This document shows positions 11,782 through 25,400 of a stretch of DNA of 64,000 nucleotides, one piece after another (positions within the stretch are counted from its first letter, which is position 1; each line of letters starts with the position of its first letter). The notes under the pieces were generated by a model. The model was not told the origin of the DNA. It saw only the letters and a list, made by a program, of their open reading frames with translations, and ran no database searches. This DNA comes from Phoronis australis (Eukaryota > Animalia > Phoronida). The position numbers and the translations under genes are program-made. The stretch is from NCBI GenBank assembly GCA_002633005.1, contig NMRA01000020.1, positions 888,803 to 952,802 on the forward strand, written 5' to 3'.

Positions 11782-13439
11782 GTGGAAAAATCAAAATCTC
11801 CAGTACCCCTCGTTCGGCCATGGACCAGTCCAAGACTAGTCCGTCTACGGCTAAGCCGCCGCTTACGTTCTCCCCCGCTCCAGCCAGCAGATTGTCCTCC
11901 CTGCCCAGGATACCCAAGCTGTCACAGCGGCAGTCATCGACTGGTGAATGCTCACCAAAGCTCTCGTCTACGAACACACAGGTTTCGTCGTCTCCTCTTG
12001 CGCCAAAAGTGCCCCTCTCGCCCCTAAAGATTCCCCAATCTCCGGCGCGACTGAATTCGCCTGGGGTCAAGTCGGCGCCATTGCCGGGCAAGAACACTGT
12101 GCGCATGCAGTCGCTGCTAAGACCAAGTCCTCCTGTGGCCAAGGTTCCGCTGCTGCCGACGCCCACCCAGAAGTCTCCCGTTGCAACACCCAGTCCACGG
12201 TTTCAAACGCCTCAGCCCAGTCGTCGGTCGAGTTCCTCATTATCGGTCGTTGCGCCGGATACAAAGGACTCGAAATTAATAAGTAAAACGCCCACGATCA
12301 AATTGAAGCCAATACCTGTGCCCCACGGCTCCGAACTATCAACAAAGCCTCGCGATCCACGCATTTCTCACCAGTCTTCTAGTCAGTCTATTCATACGGC
12401 GCCCGTCGCCAGTAAACCGTCAAGTACGCCAACTGAAGTTAACCAGGCTCAACCCGCGGTCCAACCTCCGAGCAAGGCCCGCGGAAGGAAGGGTTCCTTG
12501 ACGGCTGTCATTGACAAGTTGACCAAGGGACATCCGGGTCCGGGGGAATCTGCCCCAGAGTTGTCCCCAACTATGACCGCTCCTGGGGAAGGTAAGCGAA
12601 ACATCTTCGATAGTTTGTCGAGTGCTGGTGAATCATGTGAGACGTCAAAGAGACCCGACTCAGAGAACAGAGAGAAACGGGAAACAGATGACAGCCAGGC
12701 TATCGGAAAAGTGGAGGATACAGCCGTGCCGGCACAGGAAAAAGCTCCCAGTGTGCAATGCGTTGTAGAGACGCCAGAATCGCCTCCTGTTGAGGAGACG
12801 ACGAACATTCGCCAAGGTGCCGAGAGGAAGATTCCTGTCGACCCCGTTTTGTCATCGCCAGCGCACACCAAGATCGAGAGCGCTCCATCTAGTCCCGATC
12901 CCGAGCCCGAGCAATTCGTCCGTCAGAAGACTGTGGAAATTCCTACAGCGTCCCAAGAAGCCGAATCAGCGGCGCTGGCGGATGTTGACGACGCTATGTT
13001 CAAGGCTCCTACACCCAAGACTCCACAGAGTGTTGGTAACAGAAGTCCCAAGGCTGGCGACATGCCCGAGTTTGGTGGGCAGAGCTCGGTGCAGATGAGA
13101 TCGCGATCCAACTCCGTGACCAGTTCCCATCCCAGCTCTCCCGAAGACGGGCTGATCATCGCGTGCTCGCCCGGGACGCCGAAAACCCACCATCAGCTGT
13201 CGCCTTCACGTCCGGTCATTGAATGTAAAGTTTCAGAACCAGCTCTTCCATCTGAATCAGCGCGGTCACCCATGCCGTCTACTGCAACCTCTGCTCCGTC
13301 TTCTAAGTCAGTTCAGAGCGCGGCATCGCCCGCCTCTCTCAAGTCTCCGAGCGCTCCGCTATCCGAAAAGAGCATGGTGTCTCCGTGTATGATTGACGAC
13401 GATTTAATGGATGAGGCGTTGATGGGATTTGGTAACTGA
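11782..13439 (+). CDS. MED1: MED1 terminal coding exon (S/P-rich IDR, SLTAVIDKL, C-terminal DDDLMDEALMG)
   Basis: ttttttag acceptor in phase; SLTAVIDKL and DDDLMDxAL are motifs of the vertebrate MED1 C-terminus; stop TGA at 13437-13439. Confidence 0.93.
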
Positions 13440-15201
13440 ATGAACATTGGTCATTCGGCTTCAATCAATTTTCCATGTTTCTGTTGGCAAACCCAACTTG
13501 AAGTTTGGCCTGATAAATCAAAATGCGTACAAGGTAACCACCCCGAGTTTCAAGAAGACACTAAACGAATGCTGTTAACTGTAAACGTCTCATTTTTTTC
13601 TAGGCGTTGTACCTACACGTGTCTAAGATTGTTATCAACATTCAGTTTTTTTAAAGATTCATTTCTCCCTGTTTAGCTGACTAAAGAACGAAAATCGAAT
13701 TAGGCGTTTTTCTTGTATAAGATTGGTCCCAACATTTTCCTCACCATGACAGGATTTGTTTTTTGCTACCAAGAACTACATACAAACCCTCAACAGGCTA
13801 AGAAAAGCGTCGGATTTATTGGGGGTTGGCCAATTCTGGAATTCGAAAATGGCTCACAGGGATTTCTGCTCAAAGTAGAGGGCAGTCGGGACACAAAAAT
13901 GGCCATTCTCGTTCAGTACATCGCAGCTCATTTGGTTAAGAACTCTTAATATGTTTAAAGTGGCGGCTAAAGGGGGTGAAATGAAGCTTTAAGTGGTTTT
14001 TGATGGTGGGTGTTGAGCGTTGTTAGGGTTTTGCATAGAAAACATCTCGTTCATAATCACGGGCTTAGGATCACCTTATGATCTCCCGATATTTGACCGG
14101 TGTATAGAGTCCACGGTCTTCTATTACGGGAAACAAATCCCAGTTGTATTGTGACGCGTTATACTACACTACTTGTTGATGAAGACTTGCATTTAATGCC
14201 GCAATGAATCCCCGCTCCGCTGAGCATTTGATGTAAACCTTTTGCCGTTTTATGAAGTTGGGTCTCCACTTGTTCATCACTACTCAACTGAGAAATGTCT
14301 TATCGTCTTTTAAAGAACTGTCAGTTCGTTTATGCTTGGCGAATAAAGTGACTCACGGTGACAAGGCAAAATGTAGGCAATACTTAGCGTGTAGACTCCG
14401 AAAGCTGAGGCGATGACTTTTTATTGGAGAACTTTGTTAACTGAACTGCTTGTTGCGACGATAACTTTTACTAGGTAAAATACGCGAGAATGCAACCAAC
14501 CCTGCCCCAAAAGGCGGGTTTGTTGATGAACCCAGAAACCGCACATGTTTTACTTAAGTAACAATTTTGAGAGCAACATAACAGTGAGTGCGTCAGTCCA
14601 ACTCGTTTCACGTATTGTATTGGAACGCGGATTTGTAGCCACTGAACTATTTGGAGAGCTATTGGAATGGCATGCATTTTGAAATTTAAAAGAAAAAAAC
14701 GTTCATAGTCCAGGTTGACATGTTTTTGATGTAACTTTGTTTTTTTTTTTTCTTAATTTAATGTTGATGAAGCTAGTACTGTTTCAATACCCTGTTCTGA
14801 TTCTTGTGTAAATTATTTTGTTTAAAACACTCGTCTGGGTCCTTGTCCCCCAGTATTTGTTCTCATTACCGATACTTGCTTGGCCTACGCATACTATGTA
14901 TGTATATGCAACGTGCCCTACAACAAACAGATGCTTGTATCGTACTGTATCTAGCGATACTGACTTATGATGTCTTTATGGTGTAAATATCAGTCGGTGC
15001 ACTGTTAAACAGCTCTTTGTTGTCAAGGTGTTGTACGGGGGTGAGCTATCGTTCCCTAATAATTAAGATGATCGTTTAATTGATTTAGTAAAAACGTTTG
15101 TGCGGTAAATATTGTAGAAGGGTAATTCGTAGTTCTGAAAAAATAGAAATATATTTTGTTTGGTTATACCTTGTCGAATACACGGTACTTCATACACTCT
15201 T

Positions 15202-15455
15202 CAAGGCTCGCAACTTTCCTCATTTAAGAAGATTTCCTCTTTCTTGGTTTCGATTTCCTCTTATTTGATTTCCAGTTTGCTCGTTTTTCGTGTCTTTTTG
15301 TCATTGTTTGGACTTAATTCATGCAAAAAAAATGAAATGTTTATTTCAGTTAAATTTTACAACACAAAAAATGTTTCTATCACACAAGCCTGTTTGTCTG
15401 TGGAACGATCGTCACCTGGAAATCTTTCCTCTTTTTGTCATTGATCATTACCTGA
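15202..15455 (-). mobile_element. ~250-bp MITE, degenerate copy (family with CAGGGCTTGGAAT TIRs)
   Basis: Reverse-complement homologue of the copies at 27487-27735 and 57329-57584. Confidence 0.85.
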
Positions 15456-17962
15456 CTGTTGCCTGACTGTTTTCGTTCAATTTGTGAAACTCCGAGAAGT
15501 ACTGATCGCTTTTGTCGTAATGCAAACGTCACTCAAACCTGTACCGTTATGCTGGCTTTGTCTGTTTTATGGATAAAGTGTTCTTCATGTGCTATCGTTC
15601 GTACGGCAGCTGTTGAAATGTAGAGTTTTATTAGTAACAAGGAGAAGGCGGAAGGTGTTCGGCTGTAAGTGTATTTGCCGATCGTTTGCAAAATATTAAC
15701 TGTAAATGTTGTTTAGATACAATAAATTGTGGCATTTGGGATTTTTGTGTTTTCAGTGCAGCGTTATGAAGTGTTTAAAAAATTAACACTTAGGCGCTTT
15801 TGCTGGGGTCTCAGAATTCAAGGATCCCCAATCTGTTCGACGTGTTCTCGCATAAACGTCTGTTGGGTTTGTCAGACCGGTGTGCTGTTGCCCTGCAATG
15901 TAGTCGTTTTTTTACCTTGGGGGAAAATGCCAGTTGTCGTGCAAGCTTGGACAATGAGATAAGGCTGATAAGAGCTATGACTGATTATTGTAGGAATCCA
16001 ACAAACCCTATCGCATTGATTCTTATATGCTTGTTTTTCATGTCGATTGTTATCCTTTTGTCATAGTGCATACAGTGTAGTTCTTGACACTTTAAACCCC
16101 CAATCGTTGACCAAGTGTACACTTATCAAGATGACGTTAACGCTGCAAGGCGTACGAAGGTGATGGACCACCCTTGGTGTAAACCTTAAAATTTCGCCCC
16201 TCCCCCCTCGTTGAGTTGTTACCGCCGGTTTTCCGCAACCGCCATTAAGTTATCCCCATTCCCTTGCGAACAGTTTTCGTCACCCCCACACACTTTTCGG
16301 CGCTCGAATCGCGTGTCGCACATTGACCCCAAACTATGTGCCTTGTTTTAGTATTTGATTGTACAACCGTTTGAAATACCCCCACCCTCTAAAATTCAAC
16401 GAACTGATAGTTTTTCTACCGCGTCATCCACGTAAATTTGAACCGGTTGGAAAACGAGCCGTGGCCTTGGTCATATTTTCGTGTTTAAAATTCAATGCTA
16501 CGGCTTACTTATACATGTACAGTGTACTGTACCAAAACTAATTCTATGGATCAAGGGTTGAATGCAAGGCGACTGGTTTACAAGGACAGTCAATGGGCAA
16601 ATCAGCCATGCCGGGATTTCTATCGACCTTTATGAACTCGAAGGCTGTGCAGTGTCTGAAAAACGGGTTCTCTGCAATTGCAATTAGAACAGTACGTAGC
16701 ATTTCGCTAGTTTTTTTGCCCACCAAAGAAATTCTGGCACTCCTGTAATAATAAAGATCTCGAATAAAACTATTTTCGGTAGACTCTATTCATATTCCAA
16801 GGTATTTTATTAAAATTTTTGGGACTCGCATAGGTAAAGATACACCATCGATAAAACGTTGTAAGATACTTGCCACTTTTCATTAAAGAAATGTACAAAT
16901 TCTCAAGCCACTCATAGCTAAAAACAATAAAACACACGCGTTCTGATGGGGTTTCGAATACATTCCGAACAGAAACGTTTTGTCTGAATAAATTATCCAG
17001 CTGTTTCAAATTGCTATTACTTAACTCCAATGCCCTGCTGCATGAAATAGTCCCGAACAGGGACTCGACTAAGTTCCCCAAATCTACTGCGTATTTTTGG
17101 ATTGATGAAAACGCCAGTTGTCCTTTTTAATTACAAAGTCAATGTTTGGCTTTGATACAAATAGGAAGTGAACTCGTTGAATTCTCAATATTATCGAAAA
17201 TACCTACATTTAGGGATTCATTCAACGCCCCTAATTTAATGACTATGACCCTATTATTTACATAAGAAAATGCCATAAGTCAAAAGAGAGCTCAGAATAA
17301 AGATAGACTGATAGAAAAAGATCAAATACACAAATACGCAGTAAATTTAGGGAACCTAGTTGAATCCCTATGTTGGTCTGTTTCATGCAACTGGCAGATG
17401 ATTTTTTTTCACGTGATCGAGCATCAGTTATGGCACCCTGACACTTGGACGATGTTACGGCACCCATTTTGACGTAGCACAACGTGCCATTGTACTGTAT
17501 GCCTGGTTACATTGTTTTTGCGAACTTGTCACGCATAATTTATATACTGTTCGCGATAGAAATGGGTCGCAATACACGTTATGACACGCCAAAATTTCGT
17601 ACTGTGCTCGCCTCCACTAAGGAGGTGAACACTGATATCATGGCGCGCAGTGACGCGCATTGTCCGCAGTCCTCACGTGTATCTCACCACTTATTTACGT
17701 ACGCCTTCTCGTTCGCTTTCCGCAAATTACGTGCCAAATTCTCAAATACGTTCTCGCACAGTTTACACTCTCTTCCCCGAGAAGTTAACCATTTTGCCGC
17801 GCCAATGCGTACCATAAAATCTTGCAAGTGTCAGGTTGCCTTCAAGTTGACAGTATCATTAGTCAAGGCTTTATCATTCCTTAACTTCGCTCTATATAGA
17901 GCACACTAAGGATTTCTTTATATCGGGCAATGAAGGTCTTGCCGTTTCGTCTTTTATTAAAT

Positions 17963-18227
17963 TTACTGTTTGTGAGTTTTTAGACTCTGTTGTGCCCCGA
18001 CCGCCTGAGCGATTACTATCGAATCCCTTTTTGCCGAAGTGGTTGCGATCTTTGGTGCATGACCTGCGCAATAGATTTCTTTGTCTTTCGAGTCATTTGG
18101 GTTATTCCTGTAATTATTCATGGTTAGATGCGTGTAACATACACAACAGTTGAAACAAGCCTGGTGGAACACCACATCGCCGTTCACTGGTCCCATCTTT
18201 TCTGCTTGATAAACGCTTATTTCACAC
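17963..18227 (-). CDS. Hillarin-type LIM domain protein, exon 2 (CEISVYQAEKMGP...FHQACFNCCVC...DKEIYCAGHAPK)
   Basis: tttttacag acceptor; completes the LIM pattern C-x2-C-x19-H-x2-C-x2-C-x2-C-x22-C-x2-H; GP, FH, NN..D..DKE.YC..H.PK are hallmarks of the hillarin N-terminal LIM; TAA followed by AATAAA. Confidence 0.88.
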
Positions 18228-19269
18228 CTGTAAAAATAGGCAAGAACCGAGATGACATGGTACATTTACAGTATTAACTTACATAACAAGTAGAATAATT
18301 TGGCAACAGACACTCCAGTAGACACACAGCAATAACTTACAACTCTCAACCATTTTGCTCGGGGGCTCTGTATCTTTGGTGGTCGTTGGCAGTGCAAAGA
18401 CGAAGCTTTCTTAACGATAATTGTTTGCTTCGTGATTTTATGTTTCGGGACATCGTAGGCGATGCACAGTAGGATTTCTTCCTTAAGATTCCTTGAAGTG
18501 TCCAACTTGGTTATACCACTGAGAATTGTTGCGCTGCGAATTGACCGTCAAAAGATACAGAGAGCTCGAGCGAGTATAGTTGAAATTTTTGTCTATTGAA
18601 CAAATTGTTTTTATATAACATTTACTAAAATACAATAAAAACAGATGGAAGTCCTCAAAGGCAACAGCCCCTTCAGTGAGGACCACTGTAGTGTATTGTC
18701 TTTCCTCAAAAGCAGCCAACATTTATGTACAACTCGTCACCACTAACACCGAACTCGTTCTGTGGGCATATAATTAAACTAAGATATGCGAGTTTAGGCC
18801 CAAGAGACATATCGCCCAGATAGCTGACTATTTCACGACCACCTTCTCCACAAAAATGGTGCCTTTTATGACAAAATTTCCATGACATCTTTTCTTGCAC
18901 TTTCAATGTTACAGAGTGGAGCTAATCAAGAATACTTATGAAAGTGTTGAAGGTTTATGGAGTCAACCCTTACTAAAGGGTGGTCATCCGGAACAAATCT
19001 GCGTGAAAGAGCCACGTTTCAATGGAAGCTTTTTGTCAAATCTCTCTCAATATTTATGGGTAACTAATTTTCAACTTGCCCCTCTGTCAAAAATATCCGA
19101 GCTTGTCGGTTACTGAGACTAAGGCAGGCAAATCGGATTTGGCACTTGTGTGGTTAGATTCACTGCACTTTGCAGGGAAATTTCAAGTTTTAATTGTGGT
19201 GTTATCATTTCGGTTTAGTGCCCAAGATCTCAAAGCCGCTATCGCTTTATAACATTTCGATCTCAACAG

Positions 19270-20620
19270 TCGAGTCTATGGAAACCGGAAGCAAACCAGC
19301 TTATCAGGCTGAAGTGGTTGGGTGGATGCCAGTGAGTTTCCCGTTGGTTTAATCATATAGGAGGACGGCAGCAGTATTCCTTCCACTAAGATCTCTAGTT
19401 AAAGACTTCAAGATGTGAAAAGCAAGGGAAATTCTCACAATCAGAAACTACAGGAATAGCTTATCAGAGATTCAGGTATCAGCAGGCAGAAAGTGAAATC
19501 CTCAGGTGGCAGTGAACAGAGTACTGAGAGAGCCACCTCCGGCATAACGACATAGTTGGCACAGTCTGTTGTGGTCAACAAGATATGAGTTTTGTACCAT
19601 TCACTAGTAGATGGAGGACGACAGAGGGGGTGAAGCGGCGATCGAGATATGGTACTCAATACGATTTGTGAGGAGGAACAAGTGCGTCGCTCGCGCAGTT
19701 GATATAGAGAAACAAGGGAAATGGTCCACCTGGGAAGGAGTGCTAGGGAGGAAAATCACAGCAACGAACCTTCTCCACATGGAGCAGCACATGCTTAGGT
19801 TTTTCTACGCTTAGTGCATGACACCTTACCAAAGAGGAGCAACTTAAACTTATGGAAGAAGAAGGACGACAACAGGTGTAGCGGTTGTGGTGAAGTGGAG
19901 TCCCTACAACATGTCCAGTCCAGTTGCAGAGTGGCCCTGACGGAGGGGAAGAACACTTGGCGGGGCAACAAGGTCCTCAAGGGAATTGCGCGCACACACA
20001 CACACACTAGACCTGGAGACAAGAACCAAGCGGAATGTGGTAAAGAAGTTTATCGATTTTTACGGCAGCTGCCTGCATGAGGGGTATCACTAACCGCAGG
20101 AGGGATCTTATCTATGGCGAATGATTGATGCATGGCGGCAAATCTGTGGAAACAAATCAGATTCCCTACCCGATAGAGCTTTAATATCTTTAAGGCCTGA
20201 CAATATTTTGTGGTCAGGCACAGGCGTAGTCTTGGTGGAAGTAACTGTGTCATGGGAAACCAGGATACAGGAAGCTCTCGAGAGCAAAGCTTTGAAGTAC
20301 AGCGAGTTGAACCATGAGTGTTCGAGAAATTGATGGAGGTGCTTCTGTTTACCACTAATGGTAGGAGCCAGGGGTTTCGTGGCATTAATCATGTGAAGGA
20401 TGTCAAGTCTATCATGAAGTCAGTAGCAGCAGCAGCAGCAGCAGCAGCGGAGTCAGTATCACCTTAATTGTGGTTGCAGAACACCAAACAGTGGCAGAAT
20501 CCTCGCCAAATCGGAGCCTGATCAATTGGCGGAGACCCAACGTTGGAACATGATCAAGTTAATGGCCAAGACATGCTGCGAAGACATCATCTTGCTGATG
20601 ATTGACGAGGGGAGCAGCGA
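19270..20620 (+). mobile_element. Decayed 3' part of an RLE-type non-LTR retrotransposon (Hero/R2-like), antisense in the LIM gene intron
   Basis: Frameshifted ORF pieces QGKWSTWE...RKIT, HDTLP..SNL.LW, CCHC knuckle CSGC-x5-LQHVQSSC, endonuclease RPD...LVEVTVSWE...KALKY and VGARGF. Confidence 0.88.
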
Positions 20621-20938
20621 AACATCTGTTTAAAGTATTTCACTTGCACCTCTGTCAAAAATAACTTCGAATATATTCGCCTAAAGATATCCAGACGCAT
20701 GTGCTTATGCCCGAAACACTTAACATTTTTTTATAAAACACTTTAATTCCAATATCCTGGGCATATGCGTCCCATGACGGGTAGCTATCATGATCAATCT
20801 TAATAACATCGTGTAGTAGGTATGTTAATATAGTTTGGTGAAGCAGCTATTTCTAAGTTCTGGGAAGTTCGCAAACCCAGATATTAACACTCTATCCGTG
20901 AATTACAAGTGAGATTTTAGAAATGAAGACCAACTTAC

Positions 20939-21030
20939 CGAAAGCATTTGAGTGGCGTAGGAGGTTTGAACCCACTTTTCGTCTTTATTTGATACCATGT
21001 TCGCCCACCGTCTGTTTCACCAGAGGACAT
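20939..21030 (-). CDS. Hillarin-type LIM protein, first coding exon (MSSGETDGGRTWYQIKTKSGFKPPTPLKCFR)
   Basis: aacaacATG start, CG|gtaagt phase-2 donor supplies the first CxxC of the LIM when joined to 18227. Confidence 0.85.
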
Positions 21031-22189
21031 GTTGTTAAGGAGTCGGTAGATCAGTGTTCTAATGTACAACGATAAAGTAAATTAGTGATTAGTGAAGAGG
21101 TGATTGTCATTAAACTAAAACGTTAGAGTTAGTGTAGATGAAACATCATAGGAGTAGGAAGACTTTAGTGGGGACAGGCTTATAGTCGAATATACACACA
21201 CTTCCTAGTCATTTGACAACGAACTTCGCCTTCCCCGGGTCGCCACCTGTCGGCCAATAATTTGCATTCGCTCTTCCTCATCTGATCGCTCTGAGACAGG
21301 TGGCGCAACCCCTATTGACCAACTTCATTCATGAGTGGGTGCACCGGCTTTCGCACCCCCCCCCCCCCCCCCNCCCCCCCCCCCCCCACCATAGTTTCTT
21401 ACCACTGAATGGTCGTGAATTAGCGAATTAACTCTTTTGGCTGTTCTGCTAATGTGTATTCGAGATCAGTCAATTTTTGATTTTTTACAATCCGACGAGT
21501 CTTACACTAAGCACGAATAGGATCTTTTGGTGAATTGACAAAAGAAACACGTCGTGAACATGCCTCACTGAGACCCACCAATCCATGTAATGGATGTGCT
21601 CAACTTAAGCAAATAGACCACATTGGTTTGTTAGAGTCCATTCATCCTTCATGTAATTACCTCAATATACTTGTAATCTTGTCTGCGGTGACATATTGCC
21701 AACGTAAGATGAAGACTCTGATAGTTACGATTATGAGGTAGCTTCTCCGGTGTTTTTGATCAGTCAGTATTAAGCACTGTTTCCCCGTCGCTGACCTGTC
21801 CTATTTTCACTTTTGTTGACGGGACTCATATGAAAATGTCATGTAACCTGAATAAAGTGTTCATTTTTACAACAATACTGATAACCTAGATAACGATTCA
21901 CTGTCCTATTCTGACTGGCAGACTAGTCGACAAACTTCGCGTCGGGCAAAGTGTAGTCATATTTCAACACCAGTGAAAACGTGTTTAGGTAGGGTTTTTT
22001 ACAGTCGGTGAACGTCAATACTGGAACGTACGCCCTGGTGCTCTCCGGAGATTCGGCTCGCTGAGTGTTCGGCATCAAAGAAAATTAGCATATTTCAGTA
22101 TACATCAAGGTCACGAAGGACCCTAGACAAAATGTCCATCATATTCAAAATGGCCGATTGGGTTTACAGGAAACTTTCAAATACCACAG

Positions 22190-22420
22190 TCTTCAATGCT
22201 TGTATGAGGGCTATCAAATAAAGTTTTTTTACAAAAAGCTATAGTTGCATAAATCAAAATGAAAATCTAGAATGCTGCAGCGTTTTGAGATTTTACCGTG
22301 AACAAATTTATCAAACCAAATTAGGTCATGTTATATTGTTGCCCCCGCGTTGTTTTGCAATATGGTCGTACCTTTGTACTGTCAAAAAATATACTTTAAA
22401 GTCATGGTCACGTGACCCAA
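22190..22420. repeat. Interspersed repeat fragment, inverted homologue at ~39370-39600
   Basis: Shared blocks such as ttgagatttta...tatcaaac.aaatt.ggtcatgtt and gtcacgtga. Confidence 0.55.
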
Positions 22421-25400
22421 TTACTGCCAGATAGGTATCAAGTAAAAATCCAGTCCTACGAGCTGCGCGTAAACGTATAGTGGCGGGTTCTTGTCTTTTT
22501 GTCGACTGTAGAAAAGCGCTCGAATTGATTTGATGAGGAGTCTTTTAATTAATACAAATCGTAAAATTTCGGAATATATGGTAAAGGAATTTAGACAGTT
22601 TGTATGAAAATGAAAAACCTTGCGTCCTGACAAATAAGGGCAATTATTACGATAACCATTTCCTACAATGTACTACTGTGTGTATGTGTACGACAAGAGT
22701 CGATTGTTTCCCTTTCTCTTCTTGTTTGCGAATGATTTGGAAAGTGATTTGATTTACAAAATATTAAGGCCTCGTGCACAGGTATCGATTTGTTAAATTT
22801 ACATTTACTACTTTTTCAGATGTCTTGGTTATACATGTACTTGTAATGCAAAGACTAATTGCCAAACTGAAACATTCTTCTAATAAATGGAAGTTCCATG
22901 TTAATGTCAAAAATAAAAATTGCAATCTTCCGAAAAGGAGTATACTCGAGAAATTGTGAAAAATAGATATTATTTCATGAAACTGTACAAACGAGACTAC
23001 AATTATAGTTTACCCCAAAAAAGCAAAAAACACCAGGTGGCAAACCGAGAAAGCTATTTATTTTTGGACTAAAATGCGCATGACTAAGTATACTGTCATA
23101 CCTGGGCAAATGTGGTTGAAACCGTTTGACATAAAACATTAATGATGTACGTGTATGGCCATGAGTGTGGGTGCTTGGACGAATGTTTCAAGACATAGCA
23201 TGTTTATAGTGATGCATTCCTTATTTCGTTGCAATATCACGTGCCAGGTGTTTCTTTATCATGAACTGTAAAAAACTGCTAGCTACGCCATTAAACTGTT
23301 CTGTTTTTTGTACACCATCGCCGTTCAGCTTTCCATTGACCACGCATTCCACTCCAAGCCCCCAACCCCCTCTCTGATCGCTATATGCACGTGACATGCG
23401 AGCACCAGTGGAGCACCGAATAGGATATAGGATACTTACCTGCGCCATTCCAATCTAACCCTGGAAAATTTAGATCGGCTCCAATTATTATGATTAAACT
23501 TTGACCTGTTGGAAAATATCAGAAGACGTGACTTACTGCATACATTGGGCCTATAGTAAGAATGCACCAATAGTTTACTACATCTTTTAAGTTGGTTGTT
23601 TTCTGGTATGATATTGTTTTGACCAGGTGAAGGCACTGATAACAACAATAAAGTCGTCCCGGATTACACAGTAATAGAGCTACATGTATCCTTTGCCGGG
23701 AGGTACTTGTAAGAAAGCGCGTGTTTTCATTGGCCTCGTTATGGAATGTCAGGTCATGTTGGAAACCGTCGAAGTGTATGACCGTGGAAATATTCCCGAT
23801 TTCAACTGTTCAAAAGTACAGGAATCGAAAAGGTATCTTCAAGAAAGGGAATTAATTCTATTTGACTCAAAATTAACCCGACAAACTTGCTTCCACTAGT
23901 CCCGTTTGTTTCTTTTTATTGATGAAGGGAAGACGATGCACTTTAATAACACCCATCCACGAATCTGTCTAGTTTATCCAACTTTCTTCCATCGGAGTTG
24001 CAGCCCACGCCACACCAATAATACTTCTTTGCCGTTGTAAAGACGAGAAAAACTTGTGCAATTCCAATGAAACGAACATAAGCGGGCTACATAGCTTCAC
24101 GGATATTTTACACTGTGGGTAAAAACAGCAGGATTCGAGTGATACTGTGTTATCCCGGACGCCTCTATTTGGAACCACCTCCAAGTCTGATTCATTCTTT
24201 TCTTGACGCTTGTCGGGATATAAGTCACTGGTTTTGATAATATCGTTTAGGCAATTTCCGGTTCCCTAACAACATCGGATTTAGTACTTTCTGTGATATT
24301 AGCAAGATTTTCTTGAATTTAAAAATGTTATATTTTCTCTGGAAACGCTATGCTCAACAATTTTTCTCGTGCATTTTCCATCTATATGTACGAATGTAGG
24401 AACGTTTTTCAAGTGCAAACAGCTGAGGGCCCCAGCAAAAATGTCCTGACCATGGGCCACAAAAGTTAAATTCAGCAATGGTACTGCAGGTGACAAATGT
24501 GTTTCTAAAATGTCTGCTTTCATCACGTTTCGCTTATCTTTCCTTTATCATTCACACCCTACGCCTATACCACTCTGACGCCTGCAAATTACTGGGGGAA
24601 GGGAGCGTGCCCTTCGTCTCCCTACGACCCTGAGCTAATCTAATAACAGACGAAAAAATCAGAGGAAAGAAGTGCCAGTGATCGTGTAATAAACATGTAT
24701 ATATAAACCGATGTCCTAGGTGTATTAGGTTTCTGAAAATTCGTTTTATCACCCATTCAAACATTACGACCCCGAACACAAAAAATACAATAGCACTGGG
24801 TAAAACAACCGTGAACTTTTAGACGGCGGACGTATGTTCACAAAATGACAATATTGTTTTTGCTACAGCAAAACTAGTTCTCTTGTCATATTGTCAAAGG
24901 GGAGTGGTGTACGTAACCATAACGTAACACGAACATCTCCGTAGTACATGCTTTTGTTGAAAATGTTTAATTTGTTTGACTGAAAGTACCGTTTTCTCAC
25001 ATTTTATTTAAAGAACCATTCTGACCAAGAATAATTCTTTGACTACCTCTAAAAGTGTACACCTATGTAACTTTTTCGTAAATCACTGGTAACCAACATA
25101 CTGTGTCTGGACTCAAGTTAACGCAGATGATAATACTGAAAATTAGTTCCATAAGGATTTATTTTCATACACTGTAAATTCAAAGTTCACAAAGTACACA
25201 ATAGTTACAAACTAAAATCTAAACTTCAAACCAAACAAGCAAGTTTCTGTAACAACGCACTGAGAATTGCAACACACTGGGACTTCTGAAGTGGGAACTG
25301 CCAGATTGAATAGGGTTTCGAATGGTATGTCGTTTTACAGCATTATTTTGCACAGACGTCAGTTGTAAAAAGGAAAGAAAACTAAAAGTACAAATTTATT

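Noticed and set aside
18266-18505. KEEILLCIAYDVPK resembling a second degenerate LIM end
   Set aside because: No upstream cysteines or splice sites in frame; probably chance.
21356-21387. Long poly-C tract upstream of the LIM gene start, possible G-quadruplex
   Set aside because: Homopolymer contains an N, so its length is unreliable; similar tracts occur in local MITEs.
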